Positions 16,983-26,333 of a stretch of 64,000 bases of DNA are shown here, one piece after another; within the stretch, counting starts at the first letter, position 1; each line of letters starts with the position of its first letter. Where the stretch lies: IMG/VR virus record IMGVR_UViG_3300045988_144682; one strand, written 5' to 3'. Source of the DNA: a virus. A model generated the notes under the pieces. The model was not told the origin of the DNA, ran no database searches, and saw only the letters and a program-made list of their open reading frames with translations. The translations under genes and the position numbers were made by a program.

Positions 16983-18091
16983 TGCTTATACTTGTTGGAG
17001 GAAGTGCAAGCGGTAAGTCAACTATTGAAAAGATTTTATGCGAAAAATATGGGTACAACAAAATAGTATCTTATACCACTAGAAGCCCAAGAGAAGGAGA
17101 AATTGATGGCGTAGATTACCATTATATTTCAAAAGAAGAATTTTTGAAGAAAGCTCAAAGTGGATTTTTCGCAGAAATCGGAGTCTATAATGGTTGGTAC
17201 TATGGAAGTGCAGTAGAAGACTGTACAAACGACAAAGTAGCTGTTCTTACACCACACGGAATGAGACAGCTCAAAACGAAATCTGATATAGATGTTACAA
17301 GCATTTATATAAAAGTTCCCAGAAGAGATCGTCTGATAAAGATTCTTCAAAGAAAAGATGACATTGAAGAAGCCAAAAGAAGAGATGCTTCAGATGTCGG
17401 TCAGTTTGACGGAATCGAAGATGAGGTAACATATGTTATTGAAAACCCTGAGTATAAATTTACACCACAGGACATGGCAGAATTTGTACATCAGAAATAT
17501 ACTTCAACACGAAAAACAAGCATAAATAAATGCAAAACGATATTATGTGATGTGGACGAAGTGATAAATAACTTAGTTGAAAAGATCCTTGTCGAATATA
17601 ACAAGCAATACAATGACAGTCTCACTCTGAATGACATAACAGACTGGGAAGTTAAAAAATTCATCAAACCAGAATGTGAAAATATATTCACGGAATTTGG
17701 TACTGATGAATTCCTATCTTCTTTAGAGCTACAGCCAAAAGCAAAAGAAGTAATCGGAAAATTGATGGCAAAATACAATTTCTATTTTGTTACATCAACT
17801 TATCCTGACCATGTAAGAGTCAAAGATGAATGGCTCAAACGGAACATTCCGCAATACGATAGTGGAATGCTTGTTGTGTGCCGGGACAAACACTTGGTAC
17901 ATGGAGATATCCTTATTGATGACTGTATAGGGAATTTTACGCTGGATCATACGAAAGATTCACCAGTTAAATATAATTTCATATTTGATAAACCCTGGAA
18001 CAGATCAGTACAGGAGGACAACACAAAGAACTTTAGGGTTCATGGTTGGGATGAGATTTATGAACTTATTGATAAATTGGAGGATTTTTAA
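16982..18091 (+). CDS. Fusion: guanylate-kinase-like (d)NMP kinase + 5'(3')-deoxyribonucleotidase (HAD)
   Basis: GGSASGKST P-loop, YTTRSPREGEIDGVDYHYISKEEF; C-terminal half has CDVDEV (DxDxV). Confidence 0.7.
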   Translation: MLILVGGSASGKSTIEKILCEKYGYNKIVSYTTRSPREGEIDGVDYHYISKEEFLKKAQSGFFAEIGVYNGWYYGSAVEDCTNDKVAVLTPHGMRQLKTKSDIDVTSIYIKVPRRDRLIKILQRKDDIEEAKRRDASDVGQFDGIEDEVTYVIENPEYKFTPQDMAEFVHQKYTSTRKTSINKCKTILCDVDEVINNLVEKILVEYNKQYNDSLTLNDITDWEVKKFIKPECENIFTEFGTDEFLSSLELQPKAKEVIGKLMAKYNFYFVTSTYPDHVRVKDEWLKRNIPQYDSGMLVVCRDKHLVHGDILIDDCIGNFTLDHTKDSPVKYNFIFDKPWNRSVQEDNTKNFRVHGWDEIYELIDKLEDF

Positions 18092-20445
18092 TGGTCTACA
18101 AACGTGATGGACAGATTCAGGAATTCAGACCTGAAAAAATCGAGAATGCTGTTTTAAAGGCATTCTATGATGTTGAAAAAGAAGAAACAGAATATGCAAA
18201 ATCAAGAGCCAAAGAGATTGCAGAAAATATCAGTGCGCTTGATAAAGATATGGAAGTTGAGGAAATACAGGATATTGTAGAATCTCAGCTTGCTAAAAAA
18301 GATATGAAAGTCGCAAGAAAGTACATCATCTATAGAAATGATAGAACCAGAGACAGAAGACGCAAAAGTGAACTCATGAAACAGTTTTCAGAGAAATTGA
18401 AAGCTAAAGATGTTGAGAATCAGAATGCAAATGTTGATGAAAAATCATTTGGTGGAATGATTGGTGCTGCAAGTGATGTTATGCTGAAACAGTATGCTCT
18501 TGATGAGTGTATGTCCGAATTGGCAAGAAACAACCATATTCTTAACAGAATCTATACGCACGACTTAAATAGTTATGCGGTTGGTATGCACAATTGTCTC
18601 AGCATTCCATTTGATAAACTACTTGCAAATGGGTTTAATGTACGACAGACGGATGTTCGCCCGGCACAATCTGTCAATACAGCCGGACAATTGATTGCTG
18701 TAATATTCCAGTTACAGTCGTTGCAGCAGTTCGGTGGTGTTTCTGCAACACACATTGATTGGACACTTATGCCATATGTGCGAAAGTCATTCAGAAAACA
18801 TTATATTGTGGCATATTTAAAAAATACAGCAGCGTTCTTATACTTAGACCTTATGGGAATGCTGTTTGATAACTACGAAGACGAAATTGGCATTGTCAGA
18901 AACCGATTCGATGACTGGATTGATGAGAATAAAGAAAACTTTTACAAAGAGACAGGACTGAAAGAAGAGGACTTTTTCTTTGCAAATAAAGAAAAACTTG
19001 ATCCTATTTTCTATCAATCTGCTTTATACGATACAATCATTGAAACAAAACAGGCAATTGAAGCATTATATCACAATCTGAATACGCTTCAGTCAAGATC
19101 TGGAAATCAGTTACCATTTACCTCTATCAACTATGGTACATGTACCGAACCAGAAGGAAGAATGGTAATTAAAGCATTACTTGATGTTTCTATCGCTGGA
19201 ATCGGAAAATTACATAAGACAAGTATTTTCCCATGTGGTATTTTTCAGTTGAAGAAAGGTATCAACAGAAAGCCAGGAGAACCGAACTATGATTTATATA
19301 GATTGGCACTCCGTTCAACTGCACAGAGGCTTTACCCGAATTACGCTAACTGTGATTGGTCAGGAAATGAAGGGTATGATCCAGATGATCCGAAAACATA
19401 CTTCTCAACAATGGGCTGTAGAACAGCTAACGGTTGGGATATCAACGGATTTGGTCAGACAAAAGACGGTAGGGGTAATATTTGCCCGGTAACTATCATC
19501 ATGCCAACACTTGCTATGGAAACAAAAGTTTCACTTGAAGAGAACAATTGTTTTACTGGCGGAAAAGAATACGATGAGAAATTATTGGTTGACAGCTTCA
19601 TGGAATATCTTGATAAGAAGATTGATGAAGCTAAAGACATGCTTATCGAAAGATATTTATGGATTTGCAAACAGTCACCAGACTCAGCGAAATTCATGTA
19701 CGAAAATTTTGTAATGGAAGGTTTCGATGGAAAAAATATCGAATCTGCCATGAAACACGGAACATTAGCAGTTGGTCAGATTGGTCTTGCAGAAACTTTA
19801 CAGATTTTAGTTGGCTGTAATCATACAACTAAAAAAGGTATGGAAATCGCAAAGAGAATTGAGCAGCTTTTCAAAGATAGATGTGCCGAATACAAAAAAG
19901 AGTATAGTTTAAACTTTGGAGTATATTATACCCCAGCAGAGAACTTATGCTTTACAGCAATGTCAAAATTCAGAAATAAGTACGGAGAAATCCCGAATGT
20001 TTCTGATAAGAAATTCTTCACAAATTCAATGCACGTTCCAGTTTGGGAAGAAATGAGTCCTTTTGAAAAAATTGACATAGAGGCAGAACTTACAGGATAT
20101 AGTTCAGCCGGTTGCATTACATATGTCGAATTGCCATCAAGCGTAAAACAAAATATTGATGCGCTTGAAGAAATTGTAAACTATGCAATGGATAAGGATA
20201 TTCCTTATTTTGCAGTCAATGTACCGAATGACATGTGTACCGAATGTGGTTATACAGATGAAATCGGAGATGAATGCCCGATTTGCGGTTGTCGAAAAAT
20301 CAGAAGATTAAGACGAGTAACGGGATATCTCACTGGTGATTACATTGAAGCATTCAATGAAGGAAAACGCCAGGAAGTTGACTACCGTGTGAAACATTTT
20401 AACAATGCCTTAAAAGCCAAAACGGAGAAAAATGAATCTCATTAA
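18091..20445 (+). CDS. nrdD: Anaerobic ribonucleoside-triphosphate reductase
   Basis: N-terminal ATP-cone; C-terminal CTECG...CPICG Zn site and glycyl-radical RRVTGYL. Confidence 0.93.
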   Translation: MVYKRDGQIQEFRPEKIENAVLKAFYDVEKEETEYAKSRAKEIAENISALDKDMEVEEIQDIVESQLAKKDMKVARKYIIYRNDRTRDRRRKSELMKQFSEKLKAKDVENQNANVDEKSFGGMIGAASDVMLKQYALDECMSELARNNHILNRIYTHDLNSYAVGMHNCLSIPFDKLLANGFNVRQTDVRPAQSVNTAGQLIAVIFQLQSLQQFGGVSATHIDWTLMPYVRKSFRKHYIVAYLKNTAAFLYLDLMGMLFDNYEDEIGIVRNRFDDWIDENKENFYKETGLKEEDFFFANKEKLDPIFYQSALYDTIIETKQAIEALYHNLNTLQSRSGNQLPFTSINYGTCTEPEGRMVIKALLDVSIAGIGKLHKTSIFPCGIFQLKKGINRKPGEPNYDLYRLALRSTAQRLYPNYANCDWSGNEGYDPDDPKTYFSTMGCRTANGWDINGFGQTKDGRGNICPVTIIMPTLAMETKVSLEENNCFTGGKEYDEKLLVDSFMEYLDKKIDEAKDMLIERYLWICKQSPDSAKFMYENFVMEGFDGKNIESAMKHGTLAVGQIGLAETLQILVGCNHTTKKGMEIAKRIEQLFKDRCAEYKKEYSLNFGVYYTPAENLCFTAMSKFRNKYGEIPNVSDKKFFTNSMHVPVWEEMSPFEKIDIEAELTGYSSAGCITYVELPSSVKQNIDALEEIVNYAMDKDIPYFAVNVPNDMCTECGYTDEIGDECPICGCRKIRRLRRVTGYLTGDYIEAFNEGKRQEVDYRVKHFNNALKAKTEKNESH

Positions 20446-20971
20446 CGGCATTGAAACTGATTTCAGATTTGCCGGAATTGATAAATTCGATGTAAATAAT
20501 GGTAATGGAGTTGGAGCAACTTTGTTTGTGCAAGGTTGTTCCCACCATTGCAAAGGTTGCCACAACCAATCTACATGGGATAAGTCAAAAGGAATTCCAT
20601 TCACACAAAGCATTTATGATGAACTATTTAATGAGTTATCAAAAAAGCATATTTCTAGGCTTACTCTTTCTGGTGGTGATCCATTAGATAATATGGAACT
20701 TTCATATTTTGTAAGTAAGAATTTCAAAAACCTCCATCCAGAAAAAGAACTATGGATTTATACAGGATATAAATATGAAGAAATAATTCATCAAGAGAAG
20801 TATAGAAAACTATTGAAGTTATGTGATGTTTTAGTGGATGGAGAATTCAGAATAGAAGAAAAAGATCTTCGATTACAATTTCGTGGCAGTAGAAATCAGA
20901 GAATCATTGATGTGCAAAAAAGCATAGTGGCGAATAAAATAATACTTTGGAAAAGAAAGGAAATGTTATAA
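20432..20971 (+). CDS. nrdG: Anaerobic RNR activating radical SAM protein
   Basis: GCSHHCKGCHN cluster; adjacent to and overlapping nrdD. Confidence 0.9.
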   Translation: MNLINGIETDFRFAGIDKFDVNNGNGVGATLFVQGCSHHCKGCHNQSTWDKSKGIPFTQSIYDELFNELSKKHISRLTLSGGDPLDNMELSYFVSKNFKNLHPEKELWIYTGYKYEEIIHQEKYRKLLKLCDVLVDGEFRIEEKDLRLQFRGSRNQRIIDVQKSIVANKIILWKRKEML

Positions 20972-21486
20972 TGGCAAAAGTAGTAGCAAAATTTGAAAAG
21001 GTAAGTTATGAGCAGTTCAAGAAGGACTGGGGAGATACATTTAACGCAAGTGATGAGGAAATTATTAGAAAGATTTATGACGGAATCAAATTACCGAAAC
21101 GTGCAACGGTTGGTTCTGCCGGATATGATTTCTTCACACCAATCGGGCTGAAAATTAAACCTGGTAAAACAGTAAAAGTACCTACCGGAATCAGATGCAG
21201 AATTGACAATGACTGGGTATTGAAATGTTATCCTAGAAGTGGTCTGGGATTCAAATTCAGATTACAGCTCAATAATACAGTCGGAATCATTGACAGTGAT
21301 TACTATAATTCTGACAATGAGGGACACATTTTTGCAAAAATTACAAACGACACTAACGAAGAAAAAGTTATAGGTCTTAAATCTGGCGAAGGATTTATGC
21401 AGGGAATTTTTGTTGAATATGGCATCACAGAAGATGATGATGCAACTGGAATTAGAAATGGTGGTTTTGGAAGTACAACAGAATAA
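20971..21486 (+). CDS. dut: dUTP diphosphatase
   Basis: GSAGYDFF, GIIDSDY, C-terminal GGFGSTT. Confidence 0.85.
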   Translation: MAKVVAKFEKVSYEQFKKDWGDTFNASDEEIIRKIYDGIKLPKRATVGSAGYDFFTPIGLKIKPGKTVKVPTGIRCRIDNDWVLKCYPRSGLGFKFRLQLNNTVGIIDSDYYNSDNEGHIFAKITNDTNEEKVIGLKSGEGFMQGIFVEYGITEDDDATGIRNGGFGSTTE

Positions 21487-21501
21487 TATTAAAAAATAAA
21501 G

Positions 21502-21530
21502 TTGAAATATAATCACAAAGCAGATATAAT
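21502..21530 (+). promoter_or_regulatory. Sigma-A-type promoter (TTGAAA, 17-nt spacer, TATAAT)
   Basis: -35 at 21502-21507 and -10 at 21525-21530, directly after dut. Confidence 0.5.
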
Positions 21531-21623
21531 ATAATTGCCTTGTAATACTATATACAGAAGTAACTAGCATTTTTCTATAATTTGTAAAAACAATTATTCT
21601 GTAGCAAACCAACCAACAAAACG

Positions 21624-21660
21624 AAGCGTATTACTGGCAAAACCGGTGATACGCTTTTTT
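21624..21660 (+). terminator. Rho-independent terminator
   Basis: 11-bp stem AAGCGTATTAC/GTGATACGCTT (one G-U pair) followed by TTTTTT. Confidence 0.7.
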
Positions 21661-21672
21661 AATGGAGGCAAA

Positions 21673-21819
21673 ATGAAAAAATTTAAAGCTAAAATCTACC
21701 TAAAAAACAAAAAAGAATTAAATGAATACCTAAAAAATCTCGTAAAAATAAAGAAAAACCCTACTTTAGAAGATGTGAAATTTTCATTCAAGTGGGGAAC
21801 AATCCCTTGTGACCAATAA
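21673..21819 (+). CDS. Hypothetical 48-aa Lys-rich protein
   Basis: GGAGG 5 nt upstream of the ATG. Below the ORF-track length cutoff. Confidence 0.35.
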   Translation: MKKFKAKIYLKNKKELNEYLKNLVKIKKNPTLEDVKFSFKWGTIPCDQ

Positions 21820-21923
21820 CTACCATTTGGAAATATCAGGGAAAAAGAAGATGTGGAGGAAATATAATTATAAATAACGAAATACCTAAAACAATTCCGG
21901 TCGCAGACTATGCCGGATATATT

Positions 21924-22601
21924 ATGAAAAATTTTAAACCGGATGTCATAAAATTCAAAAAGCCTGAATCGGAATGGACAGAAGAAGAACATACAGAATA
22001 TACAAAATGGAGTCTTAAACTGTCTATGGCACATAGATTCAAGCAACAAATACAGGAGAATAAACCCTTAACAAATAGGGACAAAAGGATTATAGAGCGT
22101 TTTAGAAGTGGCGCAGATTTCTTTGGCGAAAAAATATGTGGCAAAGAAACATCAAGACTATTCGAACAACCATATACTTTTGATCTATTTAATGAGTGGC
22201 AGGAAAAGCACTTTAAAGAACACCCGGAAGACAAAGATAAAACAATCGAAGAGTTATTTGACATACGGCTTTCTGAACAGAAGCTATATCATTACAAAGA
22301 AGTAAACGGCAAATATTATGGTGCAGAAATCCCAAAAGAAATACATTACACAGAATATTTCCGATATCTATATTTCAATGTAAAGTATGAATTTAGTGAG
22401 AAAACATATTACAGATCTATCCCATATACAGACAAGGATAAGCAAGAAAGTATATGGGATAGGGAACGCTGCTTCGTTGCACAAGAGATTAGTGAATGGA
22501 GAGTGGACGAACTAGAAGATTGGCAGCGAGATCTTATCGAAAAAATAAGAGTCGGTGTTGAGCTAAAAGACGATGATATTGTTAAAGCAATGGGTTATTA
22601 A
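21924..22601 (+). CDS. Hypothetical protein
   Basis: 225-aa ORF. No recognisable RBS; the frame is open upstream to 21813. Confidence 0.55.
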   Translation: MKNFKPDVIKFKKPESEWTEEEHTEYTKWSLKLSMAHRFKQQIQENKPLTNRDKRIIERFRSGADFFGEKICGKETSRLFEQPYTFDLFNEWQEKHFKEHPEDKDKTIEELFDIRLSEQKLYHYKEVNGKYYGAEIPKEIHYTEYFRYLYFNVKYEFSEKTYYRSIPYTDKDKQESIWDRERCFVAQEISEWRVDELEDWQRDLIEKIRVGVELKDDDIVKAMGY

Positions 22602-22806
22602 AATCTAAATCATGAGCCTCTTTAATCGAGGAATTCAACGATTTATGATAGCAACAACAAGTTCCAAACTAAATAAAATTCTGATTTTATTTAGACTACT
22701 AATCGTCTGAAGCAAGCAAATATTGCTTAAAACAGAGGATAACGATTTTTACGAAAAACAGAAAAATCATGTTTGCGAAAGGATATATAGTATTTTTGTT
22801 TTACGT

Positions 22807-22937
22807 TTCTGGGAATATATCTTTTTGGGGAAAATGGCTTAAATCTCACATAATCGGCACTTTCGCCCCAATTTTCCCAAAAACAAAACACGTTTTTGGC
22901 AATTACTTCTGATTTTGGGAAATATTTTTGGGAAGGA
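22807..22937. repeat. Cluster of five TTTTGGGAA(A/T)AT-like motifs (4 direct, 1 inverted) upstream of tnsA-like gene
   Basis: Copies at 22807-22818, 22822-22835, 22871-22883 (inverted), 22911-22925 and 22925-22936. Confidence 0.6.
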
Positions 22938-22944
22938 GATTCAT

Positions 22945-23283
22945 ATGCGAAAAAAGAATTTCAAAGGGCGATGTGAAAAAATCACAGTCACAAAATCAAA
23001 ATCAATCTGTAAAACCTACGATGATCTACAAAGAAGCTATCTCGAAAAATTAGAAGCAAATTCCGACATTCAAGAAATCCGTATGAATATCGTTTTAGAC
23101 AGCTTGCCAGATTATATGTCAGACTTTGTTTGTGTTAAGAATGATGGTGGTTTAATGGTGCGAGAATGCGTATATCGGAAATTTCTCACTAAACCAATGA
23201 CAGTAAAGTTATTGGACGATTCAAGGAACTATTGGCGAAATCATGGTGTAGAAGATTGGGGGTTAGTTATAGATGCAGAATAA
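22945..23283 (+). CDS. TnsA-endonuclease-like small protein
   Basis: GGAAGGAG RBS. YMSDFVCV...VRECVYRK...SRNYWRNHGVEDWGLVIDAE resembles the TnsA N-terminal restriction-like fold. Catalytic Lys position unclear. Confidence 0.5.
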   Translation: MRKKNFKGRCEKITVTKSKSICKTYDDLQRSYLEKLEANSDIQEIRMNIVLDSLPDYMSDFVCVKNDGGLMVRECVYRKFLTKPMTVKLLDDSRNYWRNHGVEDWGLVIDAE

Positions 23284-25099
23284 TCTTATCAAAATTCAAG
23301 ATGGCACGATTTACCGTATATTACAAGAACGTGACTCAGAATGGCTTGTAATTGATTGTATTAAGCGTACTATGCCGAAATGGATAGAAAGTTTGGCTGA
23401 ATTTGAAAGCGTGCCTGAAAGCGTTTTATGGGTGACTACTGGCATTTATCCGACTGACACAAACACTTTATCAACCAAAGAGAAGAAGTATATGAATGAG
23501 CATTACAGCTTGTTTGCTAGTGTTCTGGGCGTTATTGATGATGAGAAAACGAGAAGCTATATTATCCGTGAGATTGCTGAATTATATAAAGTTACTAAGC
23601 AGACAATACGCAACAATTTATGTTTATATTTAGTTTATCAAGATATTACAGTCCTGCTGCCACACAAAAAAGAAAAACGAAACTTGACCAATGATGAAAA
23701 AAATATGAGGTGGGCATTAAACAAATATTACTACACCACAAAGAAACACAGTATTTCCGATGTTTATACAATGATGCTGAAAGAGAAATACTGTGATGAA
23801 ACTGGTCATCTCAAAGAAGATCATCCTTCTATTCATCAATTCCGCTATTACTTTCAGAAGACCAAGAAGCTGCAAAATTTATATATCAGTCGTGGCGGTT
23901 TAAAGGATTATCAGAAAAATCATAGACCGTTGCTTGGTGATGGTGTACAGGAATTTGCCCCAAATGTAGGTTTTGGCATGTTGGATTCTACAATTTGCGA
24001 TATCTACCTTGTGAATGATGCAAGGGAAGTTGTAGGAAGACCGATATTGACGGCTTGTGTAGATGGGTATAGTGGTATGTGTTTAGGTTATTCGCTTGGT
24101 TGGAAAGGTGGAATATATAGTGTTAAGGGACTAATGCTTAATATCGTTGCAGATAAAAAGGAACACTGTAAAAAATTTGGTATTGATATTGCTGATAATG
24201 TGTGGGATTGCCACCAAATGCCAGGGGTAATGATAACAGATAAAGGATCAGAATATATATCTGAAAACTTTGAACAAATCACAGAACTGGGAATAAGGTT
24301 GATTGATTTACCATCGTACCGACCAGAACTAAAAGGATCAGTCGAAAAATTCTTTGACCTTATACAGAATTCTTTCAAAACCGTGTTAAAAGGAAAAGGT
24401 GTAATAGAGCCGGATTTTCAAGAAAGGGGCGCACACGACTATCGAAAAGATGCTTGTATCACATTGGAAATATTCGAAAAAGTCTTGTTACATTGCATCA
24501 TTTATTATAATAGTGGACGCATACTGGAAAATTACCCATTCACTGAAGAGATGCTTTCCGCTAACATAAAACCATTTGCTTGTGAAGTTTGGAATTATGG
24601 CAGAAACCGTAATAATGCAAACTTGATAGATGTATCTGCAGAGCAAGTTATTATGACACTGCTGCCTAGATGCATCGGCAAATTTGCCCGAAACGGCTTA
24701 AAGGTGAACGGATTACGATATAAGCACCCTAACTATACAGAAATGTATCTGAAAGGTGGGGAGGTTACTGTTGCTTATAATCCGGATTCTGTTTCTGATG
24801 TTTGGCTTATTGATAATGGTGAATATGTAAAATTTGAACTGATTGAAAGTCGATATGAACACATGAATGTGGCGAATGTTGCCTCAATAAACGATGTGAA
24901 AAAAGAAGTTATCAAACAAGCGGAAAATGAAAACAAGCAAGCAAAAATAAATTTGCTAAAAACGATTGAAGTCATAACGGCTGGATCAGTGCCAAAATCT
25001 GTCCCTATAAAGAAAATACGTGAAAACCGTACAAAGGAAGAAACTCGTACACATATTGATTTTACGAAGGGAGTAAAGAAATATGCTACAAGAAAATAA
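23273..25099 (+). CDS. tnsB: DDE transposase, TnsB/MuA family
   Basis: rve-like core with MLDSTICDIYL (D), MITDKGSEY (D), RPELKGSVEKFF (E); long C-terminal domain. Confidence 0.8.
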   Translation: MQNNLIKIQDGTIYRILQERDSEWLVIDCIKRTMPKWIESLAEFESVPESVLWVTTGIYPTDTNTLSTKEKKYMNEHYSLFASVLGVIDDEKTRSYIIREIAELYKVTKQTIRNNLCLYLVYQDITVLLPHKKEKRNLTNDEKNMRWALNKYYYTTKKHSISDVYTMMLKEKYCDETGHLKEDHPSIHQFRYYFQKTKKLQNLYISRGGLKDYQKNHRPLLGDGVQEFAPNVGFGMLDSTICDIYLVNDAREVVGRPILTACVDGYSGMCLGYSLGWKGGIYSVKGLMLNIVADKKEHCKKFGIDIADNVWDCHQMPGVMITDKGSEYISENFEQITELGIRLIDLPSYRPELKGSVEKFFDLIQNSFKTVLKGKGVIEPDFQERGAHDYRKDACITLEIFEKVLLHCIIYYNSGRILENYPFTEEMLSANIKPFACEVWNYGRNRNNANLIDVSAEQVIMTLLPRCIGKFARNGLKVNGLRYKHPNYTEMYLKGGEVTVAYNPDSVSDVWLIDNGEYVKFELIESRYEHMNVANVASINDVKKEVIKQAENENKQAKINLLKTIEVITAGSVPKSVPIKKIRENRTKEETRTHIDFTKGVKKYATRK

Positions 25100-26333
25100 G
25101 ATTATCGAATTATTACCACAAGTGTTATCGGGAGATCGTTTAATTGAAGAACTTGGGTATCTTCCAGCGTATAATGAAACAATAATAGAACAAAGTCAGG
25201 CAAGCAGATTACTGGCATTGTCGGATATATATAGGGTGTATGTGCCATCTGAAATGAGTATTGAAATATATAATAAATTATATTTGGCACTATTACTATC
25301 TATAAAAAAGAAATTCACGGCAGCAGCAGTAAAACAAAGATATGAGAATGCAAAAATGATAAAACGAATGGATTCTGTGGGAATAATCGGTGGTTCGGAT
25401 TCATTCACTATTATTGGTTCATCTGGTATTGGAAAGAGTAGTGCTATAGAAAAATCCATTGGACTCTTAACGGAAAACGCCATTATACAGGATGATGAAC
25501 TGATAGGGAATGTTATTCCTTGCCTGGTTGTACAGTGTCCTTTTGACAGCTCAGTAAAAAGTTTGCTTCTGGAAATTCTCAGAAAAACAGATGAGGTGCT
25601 TGAAACGAATTATTATGAGTCAGCTAAAAAATCAAGATATACGACAACAGATGTTTTAATTGGTTCGGTCAGTACGATTGCATTAAATCACATAGGACTT
25701 TTGATCGTGGACGAAATACAAAATGTGGTTAATTCTAAGAATGGGAAAAGCCTCATTGGATCACTAACACAGTTAATCAATAATAGCGGTATATCTATCT
25801 GCATGGTGGGAACACCAGAAAGTGTGCCATTCTTTGAACAGGCTATGCAGTTGGCACGTAGAAGTGTAGGGTTAAGATATGAAGCAATGGAATATGGCGA
25901 TTACTTCAAATTTTTATGTCAAGTATTATGGCAGTATCAATATGTAAAAGAGTGCGTAGAACTTACAGAAGAAGTCACGTACTGGCTGTATGAGCATTGT
26001 GGGGGTGTTGTTTCTATTCTTATAACATTGCTGCATGATAGTCAGGAAATGGCAATTATGAGTGGCTATGACACCTTAGATTTGACGATATTGGAAGAAA
26101 CATATAAAAGCCGGTTATCTATGTTACACGGATATATTAAGCCAAATATGGGAGCAAAAGCCAGCCAGAAAAGAAAGAAAAGGATGCCAGAAATCAGCAG
26201 TGAAATTCTTTGCATCGAAAACGAGTCCCTAATTTCAGACCTAAGTACAATCGTAAAACAGGGGGCAATGGATATTGATGAAATGATAAATAGAATGAAT
26301 GTGGCATTTATGGTAGAGGTGATTGCATGTTAG
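25083..26333 (+). CDS. tnsC: AAA+ ATPase, TnsC/TniB family
   Basis: Walker A GSSGIGKSS and Walker B LLIVDEIQN; positioned between transposase and TniQ. Confidence 0.8.
   Translation: MLQENKIIELLPQVLSGDRLIEELGYLPAYNETIIEQSQASRLLALSDIYRVYVPSEMSIEIYNKLYLALLLSIKKKFTAAAVKQRYENAKMIKRMDSVGIIGGSDSFTIIGSSGIGKSSAIEKSIGLLTENAIIQDDELIGNVIPCLVVQCPFDSSVKSLLLEILRKTDEVLETNYYESAKKSRYTTTDVLIGSVSTIALNHIGLLIVDEIQNVVNSKNGKSLIGSLTQLINNSGISICMVGTPESVPFFEQAMQLARRSVGLRYEAMEYGDYFKFLCQVLWQYQYVKECVELTEEVTYWLYEHCGGVVSILITLLHDSQEMAIMSGYDTLDLTILEETYKSRLSMLHGYIKPNMGAKASQKRKKRMPEISSEILCIENESLISDLSTIVKQGAMDIDEMINRMNVAFMVEVIAC

Noticed and set aside
21805-21820. Programmed -1 frameshift joining ORF 21673-21819 to 21924-22601
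   Set aside because: The 7-nt overlap window (CCAATAA) contains no X XXY YYZ slippery site, and no downstream structure was seen.
396-22264. Numerous 60-200-aa minus-strand ORFs inside plus-strand genes (e.g. 396-821, 1659-2264, 7200-7496, 10424-10759, 11316-11624, 21262-21612, 21696-22049, 21908-22264)
   Set aside because: They are antisense to genes with clear motifs, lack RBSs, and have low-complexity Leu/Ser/Phe/Ile-rich translations typical of AT-rich antisense frames.
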